Positions 13,982 to 28,630 of a stretch of DNA of 64,000 bases are shown one piece after another. Source of the DNA: Antedon mediterranea. Taxonomy: Eukaryota; Animalia; Echinodermata. The translations under genes were made by a program, and so were the position numbers. Location: contig NC_092672.1 in assembly GCF_964355755.1 (NCBI RefSeq), positions 17,435,237 to 17,499,236 on the forward strand. The letters are read 5' to 3'. The notes below the pieces were generated by a model, which saw only the letters and a program-made list of their open reading frames with translations, was not told where the DNA came from and did not search any database. Numbering within the stretch: the stretch's first letter is position 1; the number at the start of each line of letters is the position of its first letter.

Positions 13982-16896
13982 CTAGACATGAAACTCGTCA
14001 CTTTGACGAGTTAGTTATCCGCTCGACAAACGCCACGTGCACGTCATACGTTAGAATATTGCACACAGAAAAATATTAAGGCATTATGACCTGAACTGAA
14101 GAATATGATATGTTGTTATTTCTGAATTCTGTTATTTTGTGTCATATAGTATACACAGTACAATCTGTATACATATCACAAACAGTGTAAAATAGGTGAA
14201 ATTACGGGACCCGTATTTTATTGTAATTTTTAACATCTTGACGGTTTCAAAATAAAATGCAAAATTAGAAATTTCTTAATTAAATTATCTCAGCAACAAC
14301 ATATTAACGTGTAGAAGAAATTTGAATACGTGAAATATTGATGCGCGCTCTTTTAAATGTAATGAAATATAATGCAAAAGATGAAAATACGACTTTTTTT
14401 ATTTAACTGGCCATATGATGACGTCACAACATTCGATTGGCACAATTTACACATGATTTTGTATCTACAATACAATAGCTTCCTGAAAACGTTTTAATCG
14501 TGATTATCACATTTTATTCTTACGAGGTATAACAGATTAAAATTTACTGTAAATATGAAATTAATGACCAACGTAATTTAAATTTTTAGGCATGATGACG
14601 TTCAAAAAATTTAAAAAAATTTAATTCATGCAAAAGATAGTTGATTGGCCTAGAATATATTAAAATCGGGGTGAAAATGGACAACGAATAAGTGGAGATG
14701 CGCTCTATTAAATGTGATGAGCTATGACGAAAGAGACAAAAATCCTATATTTTATATTCGCGTGGCCATAAGATGACGTCACAATGTCCGGTTAGCCATA
14801 TTAATGCATGATCCAATATCTACAACTCATCAACTTCCAGAATATGTAATTAAAAAAAAGTTCTCCATGTAGTTTAGAATCTATGACTGTTTAAAAATAG
14901 GCATAATTTTGACGAATTTTTGAACTTTTTCACAAAAAACGCGTGCAAATTATCTAATTCGAAATGCTCGTAGGACGTAATTTTAAGTCGAAATTGTTTA
15001 AAATTTGGTAACATTACTAGAAAAGGCTGAAAAAACATAAATCACGCGAAAAAAATATGTTTTTAACGCTACGTGTGTACCGCGTGCGTAAAAATTTTCG
15101 CGCGCGTGGGAATTTTTGACATGCTCAAAATGACATGAAACGCATAGAAAGTTGATTAGAAGTTGATTTTTCGCATTCTAAAATTTTAAACGCGCGTGCG
15201 CGCGAACTTTTTGTGAAACATGCTATTTTTAATCCATAGAAAGTTTGCGCTTGATATGACATAAATTTTCTCAAAGTGTCAAAACAAAATTATGTTTGGT
15301 TTTTAGTCTATGATGAATCATTGAAATTCATAAAATCGCGCGTAAGTCACGTTGCGCAACTCTGACGTCATTCAAAAATAGGAGGTGCACAAGTTCACGT
15401 AAATGTCGATATGTTGACAAAGTTACGATATGTTCTGTTTACACGTTTTAGAGAAACGCGACGAACAAAAATGACAGAAGGAAAGAAGTATAATACAGAC
15501 TAGACATGAAACTTGTCACTTTGACGAGTTAGTTATCCGCACCACGACAAACGCCACGTGCACGTCATACGTTGGAATATTGCACACAGATAAAGATTAT
15601 GGCATTATGACAAGAACTGAAGAATATGATATGCTGTTAGTGCTGAATTCTGTCAATTTTGTGTCATATAGTATATACATGCAAACAGTATAATCTGTAT
15701 ACATATTACATACAGTGTAGAATAGGTGAAATTACGGGACCCGCCATTTATTCAAATTTTTAACATGGCGACGGTATCAAAATGAAACACTTAGATAGCA
15801 ATTTCAGAAGGAAATTATCTCAGGAACAACATATTAACGTGTAGAAGAAATTTGAATACGTAAAATATAGATGCGCACCCTTTTAAATGTGATGAACTAT
15901 TACGCAAAATATGAAAATACGTCTTTTTTTATTCAACTGGCCATATGATGACGTCACAACATCCGATTGGCAAAATGTTTACATGAATTCGTATCTACAA
16001 TCCAATAGCTTCCAGAAAACGTTTTAATCGTGATTATCACATTTTATTCTGATGAGCTATAACAGATTAAAATTTACTGTAAAGATAAATATAAGTGACC
16101 CACGTTTTTTACATTTTTAGACATGATGACGTCATAAAAATTAAAAAAAATTTTACTCTTGTGTAAGATAGTTGATTGACCTAGAAAATTTCAAAATCTG
16201 GGTTAAAATGGAATACGGATAAGTGGAGAGGCGCTCTATTAAATGAGATGCGCTATGACAGAAGATACAAAAATCCTATATTTTATATTCGTGTGGCCAT
16301 ACGATGACGTCACAATGTCCGGTTTGCCATATCAACAGGGAACATTTTCGCCAGTGTAGCGTAGCAAAAAGCTATACAAAACAACCTTATTGCTACACAT
16401 TTTGAAAATTGTGTAGCAAAAAATACAATACAAAACTATGTTTCTCGACTTAAAAATCAGTTTGATTAGCAATATTGCTAAACAAAATTTTTAAATGAAA
16501 ATTTTCCCTGATCAATGCATGATTCCTTATCTACAACTTATCATCTTCCTGGATATGTAATTTAAACAAAGTTTACCTCGTAGTTTAGAATCTATGATTG
16601 TTTAAAAAAAGGTATAATTTTGACAAATTTTTGAACTTTTTCCTCAAAAACGCACATAAATTATCCAATTCGACGTGCCCGTATGACGTAATTTGAAGTC
16701 GAAATTGTTTCAAAGTTGGTAAAATTGCTATAAAAGGCTTAAAAACATAAATCACGAGAGAAAAATTGTTTTCAACGCTACGTTCGCACCGCGCGCGTAA
16801 AAAAAAGCCCCGCCAAGTGCGGATAACCAAAAAGAAAAAAAATATGATGAAACAGGACGATTACAAGGAGTTATCCGCTACTAAGCGGATAACTAA
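13982..16896 (-). mobile_element. Helentron-like element with a second family member (about 15500-16830) nested near its 5' end
   Basis: Two 5' sub-TIRs (TT(A/G)GTTATCCGC near 16895 and 16830) and two hairpin+CTAG 3' ends (15500, 13982). Confidence 0.75.
16336..16510. mobile_element. 175-bp CAGGG-ended MITE with 5-bp TSD (hAT5-like)
   Basis: ATCAA|CAGGGAACATTTTC...GAAAATTTTCCCTG|ATCAA; the empty site is visible in other Helentron copies (e.g. near 14800). Confidence 0.85.
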
Positions 16897-19800
16897 TTAT
16901 AAGTCAATACATTTATTAAGTATTCTGCAATAAATGTATTACGTTTTGATAAGTGTTATTTTCCTATGTTTATAGAGGGGTCATTCCATGCCAACTCAAC
17001 AAATTTTCTGAAAATGATGGCTGGGTACCCCCTCAGATTTTCTTGAAACTTTCATATAATATGCAACTATATGTCTCACGAACACACCAAAAATTTCAGT
17101 TGCCAACTCCAAGTCGTTATAAAGTTATGGCCATTTGAAAATATGTCGTCTGTAGAATTTTTGGTCTTAATAAATTACCTTTTTGTAAAGTTGCATTTTT
17201 AATTAGCCATATTTTAAAAACTATTAAAGCTAATAAGCTGAACATTGATACACTGACATAATTTTGATCATAGATTAAAAATATTTTTAAAAAATGGCTG
17301 TATCTCAATTAATTTTCGAGATTTTGGTCCCTAGAGATCCCAATTTATTTTGTCGCAAACAGTTTCGGCAATTTTTACCCCTTATTTAAATATGAAAATA
17401 CATTTTTAAATTTATTTTTTGCTATACAATATTAATATATGGTGCTAAATGCAGGGCTCGAAATTCACGCTAGCAAACTAGCATTTAAAAAAAGTTCGAC
17501 GTCGAACTTGCAGTTAGTTACCGACAGTAATTCGATAGTATTTAGACAATGCGTCGATACTAAATCGACAGTATTTTAAGGATCTTTAAACAATAGAAGC
17601 AAGCAAAAACTAATTGGATTTACTATAAATAAACAGTTGGCACGCGCTATCCTAATTAAGGCGGTTTATTCAAAAGCAGTGTTTTCTTTGAAGAATGACA
17701 ATACGCCGTCACATCGGTGACTTCCTTTCGGGCTTCCTTTACCCACCTGATAAGATGATCCGCCCACACCATGTGCCGCATGTTGACCGACTATTAGCGT
17801 CCGATGTTTACAATTACAATCTTTGTGCGAGAAAATAAAACTTGGACCGTTCGACGAGCCTGTACAGAGCTGACGTCTTTTTTGTATCTATATATAAATT
17901 TACGTAAGGGCAAAATTTGGTAAATCGCACCTTACTTTTAGAATTTTTACTCGATGGTATATAAAGTTGGTTCGTACTTTCGGTACTGATTTTAACCACC
18001 TGATGTAACCCTGTTTACTAATTAAATTATGTTAGATAATTAGTTATTGACGATTAAAACGAATTTAGGTTCAACGATTAGCCCCAAATAGGGGTGTTTT
18101 CCGATCGTGGTATACACTGTCTAATGGATGTCCATCTTGAAAAATACCCGCCACAAAAATGCGAGGAGGCTTCGCATTTTCCTATCTCCTCCTACGATAA
18201 TTGTTTTTAATAGCTGAAAACCCGTTGAACAGCTCGAGTACAGTATCATAATGTTGAAGACAGGCCGATTTTCTTAAAAAAATACTATTTTGATAGATTT
18301 AATATACGTTTATACAAATGTATTGATTTGCAATGAATGGAACATTCCAATCTCTGTGTCGTTCCACAAGTGTCTATTCCCTCAGGCGTCGTAAAGGAAA
18401 TTACTCTATACTCATAACAGAAATTGGATCCATTTTTTTTTCAATCTGTGCTGCAGAGGTTGGATATAAATTTTTTTAGACGGATAATGGTTTCAGTCGC
18501 CGTATAGTATGTACAAATCTTTATTATTGCAGTTAAACCACCCATATCATCACCCTTCCCTCTCACTGGCATGAGTAGCGTTGTAAAGACATAGTAGTAC
18601 GGGGCGCCGTATGGGACATTGCTAATTTTGTCGAAATATTACAATTTTGTCTACACATAATTAATTTTGTCAATACAAAATTCATTTTGTTCAACACAAA
18701 ATTCATTTTGTGTTGACAAAATTTATTCTGTGTGGACAAAATTAATTTTGTCTTGACAAACTTCATTTTGTCTCGACAAAATTAATTCTGTGTGGACAAA
18801 ATTAATTCTGTGTAGACAAAATTAATTCTGTGTGGACAAAATTAATTTTGTGGCGACAAAATGTATTCTGTGTAGACAAAAATTATTCTGTGTAGACAAA
18901 ATTCATTCTGTGTAGACAAAATTCATTCTGTGTAGACAAAATTCATTTCAGTCTAATATGGAACTTGAATACTTTGCGTCGAGTATAAGTACAGTTTATA
19001 CTGATGTATAACACGTAGCCCTATATGCCTACCAATTTTGGTAATAAATATTAAAGAGGGTTGAAGATTTATATCGATACCGATAATATTGATTAAGAAA
19101 ATGACAACACTATTTACGATAACATCTGATAAGTTGAGTAGTAATGAAATGATTTTAGTTAATACATTTATTTTAATATAATAGTTAGTATAGGCCTATT
19201 TATTCTCATGGGAATTGCGTCGTCTATAGGCCTACCAAGTTTATTTGATAGGAATACTAAATTGCTAATAGGCCTAACTCAAGGGAACAAAACTATGAAA
19301 TATCTCTTAAGACATATATTAATTGTCTCTAATTGGAATAATAGAGATATCTTTATTGAAAAGATATCTTGGTTATAAACAGGGATATATCTCTATTGGA
19401 ACCTAAGATAAACTAACTACATCTATTAAAAACTAAGATATTTTAGTTGCCTAAATAAATGACAGTTTGGTACGCCATAGATTATGATATTGCAAATTGT
19501 CGTTAAAAAGTTAAATTTAATTTTACTCTCGGTTGCATATTATTATATATTTACACCCTCGAAAGATATAATTCAACTTTGACCAAATAGTTATAATGGG
19601 TGTTCACACAACTGACATATGGCGCCTCTCAAGTATCCATTCCCATGGCAGTGTATATAATCTTTCCACCTTCTCCATGATTGATTTTATTTATTATACA
19701 TTGCTAATTGCAAATAATTGTTTATAGGTTTACATTGTTCTTTGTACTTTTAATGTACGTATTCAGTCTTTGGCTGGCTTGATAAGATTGATGTTAAATA

Positions 19801-20076
19801 AAAATGCATTTCCACTAATAAAATATGGAATTGTATCGAGAGAGTATCGTAATTTCGGGCAGAATGGTTTTCGGTCTGGAAAGGTCATTATTACACTGTC
19901 TGGGGTGTTGATATTTATACATCGAATGTTTTATGGGCAATCAGTCCTGTAACCTAGCCAACGTAGGCTACCTGGCCTACTTACTACTGTAGGTTAAAGG
20001 TTATTAGGTTTCGCAGGGTGGATGACTGTTATATAAAACTAACGTGAGCAATCTTTTGTAGTCAGTTCTTTAACAA

Positions 20077-20681
20077 CACGTTCACTGCCACGGCGTATTT
20101 ATACGTCAAAAATTGCGTGTCGCTACTTGCCAAGACGTAATACTACGTCAAAATCGTAGCACTTTTGTATTGTATGTAGAATCGCTGGCAGTGGTGATTG
20201 GAACAGGAATTATCGCATGGCAGTTTATGAATGATGTACGTAAACGATAATCTAAAAATAAATGTCATATGTTTGTTTGTGTTTATTCCCTCATGCATTG
20301 AATATGGTTGATACGATGGCGCCCTCACACTCAATATAATCATCTCAAACATGTCATAAATTGCGCTAATAGTAAATAAAAATAATAAAGGATGAAATGA
20401 TTCAGTGTGGTTTACTGTTTTTATCTCTCGATGATAGGTTTGACCGATTTTAGCGCGGAAAATCCCCGACGTATATTTACGTTCCTGGCAAAGTCAATAA
20501 AATTGTTGGACCATTGCCAGTGACGTATTTATACGTCTCAACGGTTTTTCCCGCCATCGTATTTTGAATGACATCATGATAGTCTGTGACCAGATGTTAC
20601 ACTTTCAAACTGTAATTTAATATGTAAACGGGACTTGGCACTGGGACAGAAATTACGGAAAATGCCTTGGCAGTCAATGTG
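20077..20681. mobile_element. piggyBac-like MITE
   Basis: CACGTTCACTGCCA...TGGCAGTCAATGTG|TTAA, with TTAA just left of the left end. An inverted partial copy lies at 3698-3836. Confidence 0.6.
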
Positions 20682-20753
20682 TTAAATGTTTTTTTTTCAA
20701 ATAACGGACAGCTTTCAGCATCATTATTTCTGCAATGACTATTATTATCTTAA

Positions 20754-21091
20754 AGATTGTCCCCTGAAAAAATGTTTTTTTTAATCTTTTTGTTGAATAT
20801 GTTATTTTAATGTCACATAATAGTTATTCACTTTCACAAAAAATTAGGTCTGAAAAAAAATTATTTACCTGAAAAAAATGTAATTTAAAGCAAAAAATTG
20901 TCAAATTGTCTGGAAGCCAATGAGTTTTTGGGTAATTTAACTGTTTATTTTGTCTTTTTATAGGTGAAATCATTTTTCCCCGTTCTTTTTTCTTATGGAA
21001 GTGAACAACTTCATTAAAACTGCATAATGGCCTATTCAAAGTCCGATTTTAAAAATCTTTATTTTTCATGATTTTGGGAGACAATACATCT
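20754..21091. mobile_element. TTAA-flanked AGAT(GTAT)TGTC-ended MITE (Kolobok-like termini)
   Basis: TTAA|AGATTGTCCC...GAGACAATACATCT|TTAA; related to the ends at 45473, 54270 and 54772. Confidence 0.7.
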
Positions 21092-22720
21092 TTAATTTTA
21101 AAATAAAGTATATACATTTTATAAGAATAATAAATAATATTTTAAACGACAAAATTTTAAATAGCCCCATTACTACAATTTTACAGGGCTCTATAAAAAC
21201 CATTTTCCGATTTTTTAATATAGAATACATTATAATAATAATTATTACTGACGACGTAGATATTAAATTGTCAAAGTATGAATACTGATCATATCTGATA
21301 TTTTCAGGGGTCCCTGATATTATAAAATAGATTAATATGATAGCAATAGAGACGGAGGCATGCTCAGCCATAATAACTGAACCAATAACAATGTCAAAGA
21401 TTCGCGCGCTGTCATCATTTATAGCTTCACCCTGTCTTGCCCTTTTCAAGTTTAAACTCCGCCTTCTAATTTAAATGTTAAAACCGAGCCTACTCAAGCG
21501 TGGGACAAAATGTTTTAAAAAACGTTTTGTCCCACGCTTGAGTAGGCTAGGCTAACAAAATTCATTTTGTCGCGACAAAATGAATTTTTTCTACACAGAA
21601 TGAATTTTGTCTACACAGAATAAATTTTGTCTACACAGAATAAATTTTGTCTACACAGAATACATTTTGTCGCCACAAAATGAATTTTGTCTACACAGAA
21701 TTTTCGTTACAGAATGAATTTTGTCGCCACAAAATGATTTTTGTTGTTACAGAATGAATTTTGTCTACACAAAATTAATTTTGTCAACACAGAATTAATT
21801 TTGTCTACACAGAATGACTTTTGTTTACACAGAATTAATTTTGTCGAGACAAAATGAATTTTGTCCACACAGAATACATTTTGTCAACACAAAATGAATT
21901 TTGTCAATACAAAATGAATTTTGTGTTGGCAAAATGAATTTTGTATTGACAAAATTAATTATGTGTAGACAAAATTGTAATATTTTGACAAAATTAGCAA
22001 TGTCCCAAACGGCGCCCCGTATTGTAGAGCTTGATATGCCTACGGTGCATCATAAACGCAAAACAACTTTGGTGGGTAGGGTAGGAACCAACTTAAGTAT
22101 GACTTGGCTCTAAGAAACAATTGAAAACCATTAGGCCTACTAATTCAGTTGAGTTAGATAATTTAATATTTATTGACGATTAAATCGACTTTATGATTTT
22201 CCCCGAATAGAGGTGGTTTTCACAAATTGTTTTACATTATATAAACATACACGTCGTAGTGATGTATCGTTACATGTACTGCTATTTCAATCTACTAGGA
22301 CAGTGATACTGATAGTTTCAACAAAGTATTACATCGCAATGTTTTACTGTGTTTAGTGGTATATTATTTTTAAAACATGAAAACAATTAATATTTTGTTA
22401 CTAAATGGATAAAGAATATATTTAAAAATTGTTCCTCTTTGCACCCATCCTCTTCCCCATCCCTCAACCCTAATGTTACATTATTATTTCAAAACACAAA
22501 TTAAGTTTGTTTAAATTTGACTTAAACAATTGGTCTCATTTTTTGACAAGTTTCTCTTTCGGAAGTAATTCCCAGGGTGCTAATTTTTGTTGAGTACATA
22601 AATCAGTGTCTATGTATTCGTTCCTGTGTAAACGACATGTATTATTGTACGTACATTTGAAATCGTCAGTTTTTTAACACTGAAATTATTATGTATTCGA
22701 TAACCATCTGTGGGCACGAC

Positions 22721-22757
22721 CTAGATGGTACGCGAGCGAAGCGAGCGTACCATCTAG
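22721..22757 (+). mobile_element. Helitron-type 3' terminal hairpin
   Basis: 13-bp perfect stem CTAGATGGTACGC/GCGTACCATCTAG with a GCGAAGC-containing loop, ending CTAG|T. Confidence 0.55.
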
Positions 22758-22960
22758 TATATACAATACACGTAGGCCTAGCTTGCCGAGTACCTAGCCT
22801 ACACTAGTATTAATAATATATTTATAATAATGTATATTAATAAAAAAAATATATCAAATACTGTACATCACAGGACACGGTACAGAATTCCATTACGTTC
22901 TGTATCTCCCAACCCAACACGTTTTATTAGCAAGGGCATGCCACGTTTGCATTAGCCTGT

Positions 22961-23395
22961 ACAGGGAGTTACAACTCCCTGGCCTGTCTATTTGCATGTT
23001 TCCTCGATTTTCAACTTAACCACCGGCAATTACAGTAGGGGCCTATTGTGAAAAAATATATATACCCGATAACGTATACATAGTCTTACGGTTCTTTTGA
23101 AAATGAATTCATAAACACGCCCCATATCATTATCATAACAACCCATCCTATGTTTATAGTTTCGTAAAATAGTATAGTCCATTTTATAGACCTAACATGT
23201 TCCTAGCAGCACATAGTTTAACAGCAACGCATAGACTTCTCCCTTTTTAGCGGCGGCGTGTTAAAGAAATTTTTGGCATTCCAGGAAATAGCCTATCCAC
23301 TACTGCAACGTCATACTTCGTCACTAAATTTCTGTGTTTTTTTTTTATTTTGAGTTCGTTTGGCTCAATCTCACTCAGACCAGGGAGTTGTAAAA
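22961..23395 (-). mobile_element. Small Helentron-like (HINE) element
   Basis: Sub-TIR TTACAACTCCCTGG at both ends plus terminal hairpin CAGGGAGTT-AC-AACTCCCTG. Confidence 0.5.
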
Positions 23396-23659
23396 TAAGA
23401 CAATATTTTTATTGTTAACAACAAACAGTAACGTAGGCCTATGTATGATTATGAAACTAATTTTAAATACATTTTGGTAATTAAACATTTATTAATATTA
23501 AGTATATTTCTTCTATCCAGAGAATTCAACTAAAACGCGAAACACATGTGATCGCCACTGAGCTAGCGCGAAACTATAGCCTACTGCTGACACTGTTGAT
23601 GAAAAAATGTTAATGTTTTGCCAATTTTGTCAGCAGAAACGGACAGGTACTATACACAG

Positions 23660-24390
23660 GCATGAACACACATGTTCATTTTTTAGGGTGCGTGTGTGTA
23701 CGTCAAATGGAATGTCCACAATAATCGTTCGTTCGGCGGCGAAACTCGCATGATGAACACACATGGTAATTTCTTACCAGAGGGGCGCGTGTTCATCAAG
23801 TGGAATTTTCACAGCACTCGTTGGTTCGGGCAACAAACTCGCATGGTGAACACACGTGGTAATTTCTTAAGCGTGGTTCCCACTGGAACGCAACGCAGCG
23901 ACGTATCGACGCAAAATGCTGTATTGCGTAATCACAAGTGGGAACAAAATACAACAGTGCTGGAAACATCGCAGGTTTGATTTCATGCAGACGGGGCAAA
24001 CACAATTATTAGAAGGGCATTTGCTTACGTTGCGCAAATTGCGTTACATTGCTTCGCCAGTGGGAACCAACCTATACCAGAGGGGTACGTCTACATCAAA
24101 TGGAATTTCACAAGTCGTTTGGCGTTCGGATAACAAACTTGTTACTTGCATGATGAATATACATGTGGTAAATTCTTAACAGAGGGGTACATGTACATCA
24201 AATGGAATTTCACAACAGTCGTTCGGCGTTCGGGCAACAAACTCGCATGATGAATATACACGTGGTAATTTCTTACCAGATGAGTGGGTGTACATCAAAT
24301 GGAATTTCTACAACAATCGTTCGGCTCGCTCGGATTTGTTTTTCTAACGATTGGTGCGGCTCACGAACAGTAACACACATGGTAGTTTCT
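23660..24390 (+). repeat. Degenerate tandem repeat of about 85-90 bp
   Basis: Recurring TACATCAAATGGAATTTCACAA...AAACTCGCATGATGAA...GGTAATTTCTTACCAGA. Confidence 0.8.
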
Positions 24391-24669
24391 TACTTATGGA
24401 ATTGTTTTTCTACAAAGATTCGCATTAAATACACGTACACTATTCTATACCATGATGATAGGTTTATTTTAAATAAAAAAACAATAGCCTACATTTATAA
24501 GTATAAAGCGTGAGAAAATTGCGATTTTTTATTGTAAATATTTAGATCAGACCAAAAAAAAATTTACAATGAAAATATGATAAAATATGTAAAACTATCA
24601 TTACTGCACTTTACTATACTAAAAATAACATTGTATACAGTATGTACGTATGCATTTGTTTGTTTATTC

Positions 24670-27020
24670 ATTTCAATGAGCATTAGCGAATTTACACAAT
24701 GTCACAGATCGTTAAGCTCATACCATTTATAAAAATATTTCACTAAAAAGCTCACTCAATATTAAAATTGATTTTCAGTTATAATATCTCTATGGATGCA
24801 GATAATGATTAAAAACGTAATTAAGTCACATTACTACCGACAAACAGCGATCGGAAAAACATCCATTTCTTATTCGCCTTCCTACCAGTATACCAGCAAC
24901 ATTTGGGAATACAATTAATTGATTGGATCATTATAAACATTGTGCAAATGTCACGCATCGTCAAGCTCATTCATTCATAAAATGTTTTATTTTACTCACT
25001 AAAGCTAATTGAATATTAAAGTTGGTTTTCAATTTCCACTGCAGTAATGACTATTATTGATTTTTAAATCGGGTTTTTTTATTTCCGAAAAAGTATTTTT
25101 TAAATATTGGAATTAAATTATATATTTATGAACAAATTATTCTAAATTTTATATTATATATAATAAATATTAAGTGAGACCTATCGGTTAAATTGATTGT
25201 ATTGGTTTTATTATTATACTATTAATTATTGATTTTTAAACCGGTTTTTATTAAGTATGACTCAAATTTATTTTGACCCCCAAAAACCTGCTTGCGCTAT
25301 ACATTAAGTCACACAGTGTTACGTCACATTACTAACGACAAACAGCAATCGGAAATCCATTCAAATTTCTTATTTGTCTTTCTACCAGAATGTATACCAG
25401 CAACATTTGTAAATACAATTAATTGATTGAATCATTATAAACATCGTGCAAATGTCACGCATCGTCAAGCTTCATAAAACAAATGCAGTGTTTTATTTCA
25501 CTCACTAAAATCTAATTGAATATTATTAAAGTTGATTTTTAATTTTCACTGCAGTAATGACTATTAATTATTGATTATCATACCGGGGTTTTTTTATTCG
25601 AAAAAGTATTTTTTAAATATCGGAATACAATTATATATATATAAACAAATTCTTCTAAATTTGTGTAATTTTCTGTTTAAAAAATATTAAGTGAGACCTG
25701 TCGGTTAAATTGATTGTATTGGTTTTATTATTACTACAGTATTAGGCCTATAATTATTGATTTTTATGTCGGTTTTTTTTTAAAGTATTTTATAAATATT
25801 GGAATAAAATTATATAGGCCTATATTTCAACAAAATTATTCTAAATTTGGACAAATAGTTTTAATTTTCTGTTTAAAACAAATATTAAGTATGACTCAAA
25901 TTTATTTTGACCCCCAAAAACCTGCTTGCGCTATACATGAAGTCACACAGTGTTACGTCACATTACTAACGACAAACAGCGATCGGAAATCCATTCAAAT
26001 TTCTTATTTGCCTTTCTACCAGAATGTATACCAGCAACATTTGTAAATACAATTAATTGATTGAATCATATAATCATCGTGCAAATGTCACGCATCGTCA
26101 AGCTTCATAAAACAAATTCAGTGTTTTATTTCACTCACTAAAATCTAATTGAATATTAAAGTTGGTTTTTAATTTTCACTGCAGTAATGACTATTAATTA
26201 TTGATTATCATACCGGGGGGTTTTTTTCGAAAAAGTGTTTAGTAAATATTGGAATACAATTATATATAAATAAACAAATTCTTCTAAATTTGTGTAATTT
26301 TCTGTTTAAAAAATATTAAGTGAGACCTGTCGGTTAAATTGATTGTATTGGTTTTATTATTACTACAGTATTAGGCCTAATTATTGATTTTTATGTCGTT
26401 TTTTTTAAGTATTTTATAAATATTGGAATAAAATTATATAAGCCTATATTTCAACAAAACTATTCTAAATTTGGATAAATAGTTTTAATTTTCTATTTAA
26501 AACAAATATTAAGTATGACTCAAATTTATTTTGACCCCCAAAAATCTGCTTGCGCTACAGTTAATTAATTAATTGATTGAATCATTATAAACATCGTGCA
26601 AATGTCACGCATCGTCAAGCTCATTCATTATGATTGAATATTAAAGTTGGTTTTCAATTTTTTAAGTCTGCAGTAATGACTATTAATTATTGATTTTTAT
26701 ATTGTTTTTTTTTTTTTTTAAGTAGTTGGAATTAAATTATATATATATATGAACAAATTCTTTCTAAATTTTGTAAATTTTTCACATTGACAACATGGTA
26801 TTTTTTAAGTGATCATGTTTTAACATGACAAAAAGTATTTGATAAGTTAGAAATAAAGAAACATTCAAAATGAATTAAAATAACATTTTTGAAACAACGT
26901 TCAAGTAATTTCCGTAGAAAGGAAGTTATACAATAGACCCATCTATCAGCAAAATGTGCAAAATACAATTACAGTAATATAAACATTTTGCTAATGCCAC
27001 GCATCGTTAAGCTCATGGCT
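24670..27020 (+). repeat. Tandem repeat of about 630 bp with internal sub-duplications
   Basis: AAGTATGACTCAAATTT recurs near 25253, 25887 and 26511; GCAAATGTCACGCATCGTCAAGCT recurs four times, with variants on either side. Confidence 0.85.
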
Positions 27021-27419
27021 GTTACGATACCCCTTCATGGTGACTTCTTTTCACTACTCCAATTTTTATTTTTGTATCATGTCATGTGAATAAATCGATT
27101 GGTCAAACTTGCTTGATCAATATAATAAAGCATCATGAGTGTTTTATTTCACTAAAATGTTAGATTTATAAACACGAATGTCAATAATTCAAAATGAAAT
27201 TTTTAAAAAGCAAAATAAATTCTTTTCAAGCCCGGTAAAGGTTAACGTTTGTATGGGGTTGTGTTTAAAATGTATTTAAAACATGTTTTAACATGACAAA
27301 AAAAATGTAAAAAATATAACAAAATTCAAAATGAATTCAAATGATAATTTGAAAACAACGTTAAAAAGAAAATTGAAAAAAAAAATGAAACAATTAAGGT
27401 TATTATCATATCGTACATG

Positions 27420-28630
27420 TGACCCTACCATGGAGTAATCACTCCATGGTACAATAGTCGATAACATTTCGACATCGAATTGCTATCGTCTGGCTTTACG
27501 TAATGATCCACGACGCTCATTCAGGGTACAATATAAAAGTAAAAATGAATCGCTTGCTTTTACCAAACCCATCCCGAAATGTGTGTCCTGTATAAATAAA
27601 ACAAGTATTAGGATTAATAATAATCTTTAGTTAACTCGTCGTAGAACTGTGATCCTGTTCTACTATGGAGTAATAGAACACAATGTCGATAACATTTCGA
27701 CATCGAATTGCTATCGTCTGGCTTACGTAACAGAATACACGACGCTCATTCAGGGTACAATATAAAAGTAAAAATGAGATCAGTTGCTTTTACCAAACCC
27801 ATCCCGAAATGTGTGTCGTGTATAAATAAAACAATTATTAAGATTAATACTAATCTTTAGTTAACTCGTCGTAGAACTGTGATCCTGTTCTACCATGGAG
27901 TAATAACTCCATGGTAGAACACAATGTCGATAACATTTCGACATCGAATTGCTATCGTCTGGCTTACTTTTAACTATCTTCGAAATGCGTGCCGTGTATA
28001 AAAAAAATTAAAGGAATAATTAAGAATAATAACCTTCAGTTAACTCGTCGTTAAATCAGAAAAAAAAGAAACAAAAAATTATTAAGATTAATAATCTTCA
28101 GTTAACTGTGACCCTGTACTACCATAAGTATAATAACTCCATGGTAGAACACAATGTCGATAACTTTTCGATGTCGAATTGCTATCTGAATCCTTAGCTC
28201 AGGTACAATACAAAAGTCAAAATTAATGAGATCGCTTGGTTTTATTATACCCAACTATCCTCGAAATACATCGGAACAAAATGAAACAATCATAATTAAT
28301 AATATTCAGTTAACTTAGAACTGCGACCGTGTTCTTCAATAAAGTCATCACTCCATTGTAGAACACATTATCGATAACTTTTCGACATCGAACTGCTATC
28401 GTCTAATCTAGCTAACGAAATCGTTTACTACACGACGCTTCTGGTCAGGGTAGATACACGTCAATTAGAGCATGTTTTATCACCCATCCTAAAAATGGAT
28501 ATGGGGTAAACTATATGAAAAAACTATTACAATAAATTGTAGGTTTACTCATCATTAGTTGCTATTAATAACTTAACAGTTCAACAACAATGTCGATCAA
28601 TTTCCGACATCGAATTGCTATCGTTTATTA
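27420..28630 (+). repeat. Tandem repeat of about 210-240 bp containing hairpin ACCATGGAGT-n-ACTCCATGGT
   Basis: Six recurrences of (G)TCGATAACATTTCGACATCGAATTGCTATC and variants. Confidence 0.85.

Larger units (their letters stand above)
18600..22019. mobile_element. TA-flanked foldback element with TIRs built from 20-bp tandem repeats
   Basis: TA|CGGGGCGCCGT...ACGGCGCCCCG|TA; arrays of ACAAAATTAATTCTGTGTAG-like units at 18620-18950 and inverted at 21555-22000. Confidence 0.85.

Noticed and set aside
18620-21960. 20-bp repeat arrays as a CRISPR array
   Set aside because: Contiguous tandem units without unique spacers, arranged as inverted arms; eukaryotic context and no cas genes.
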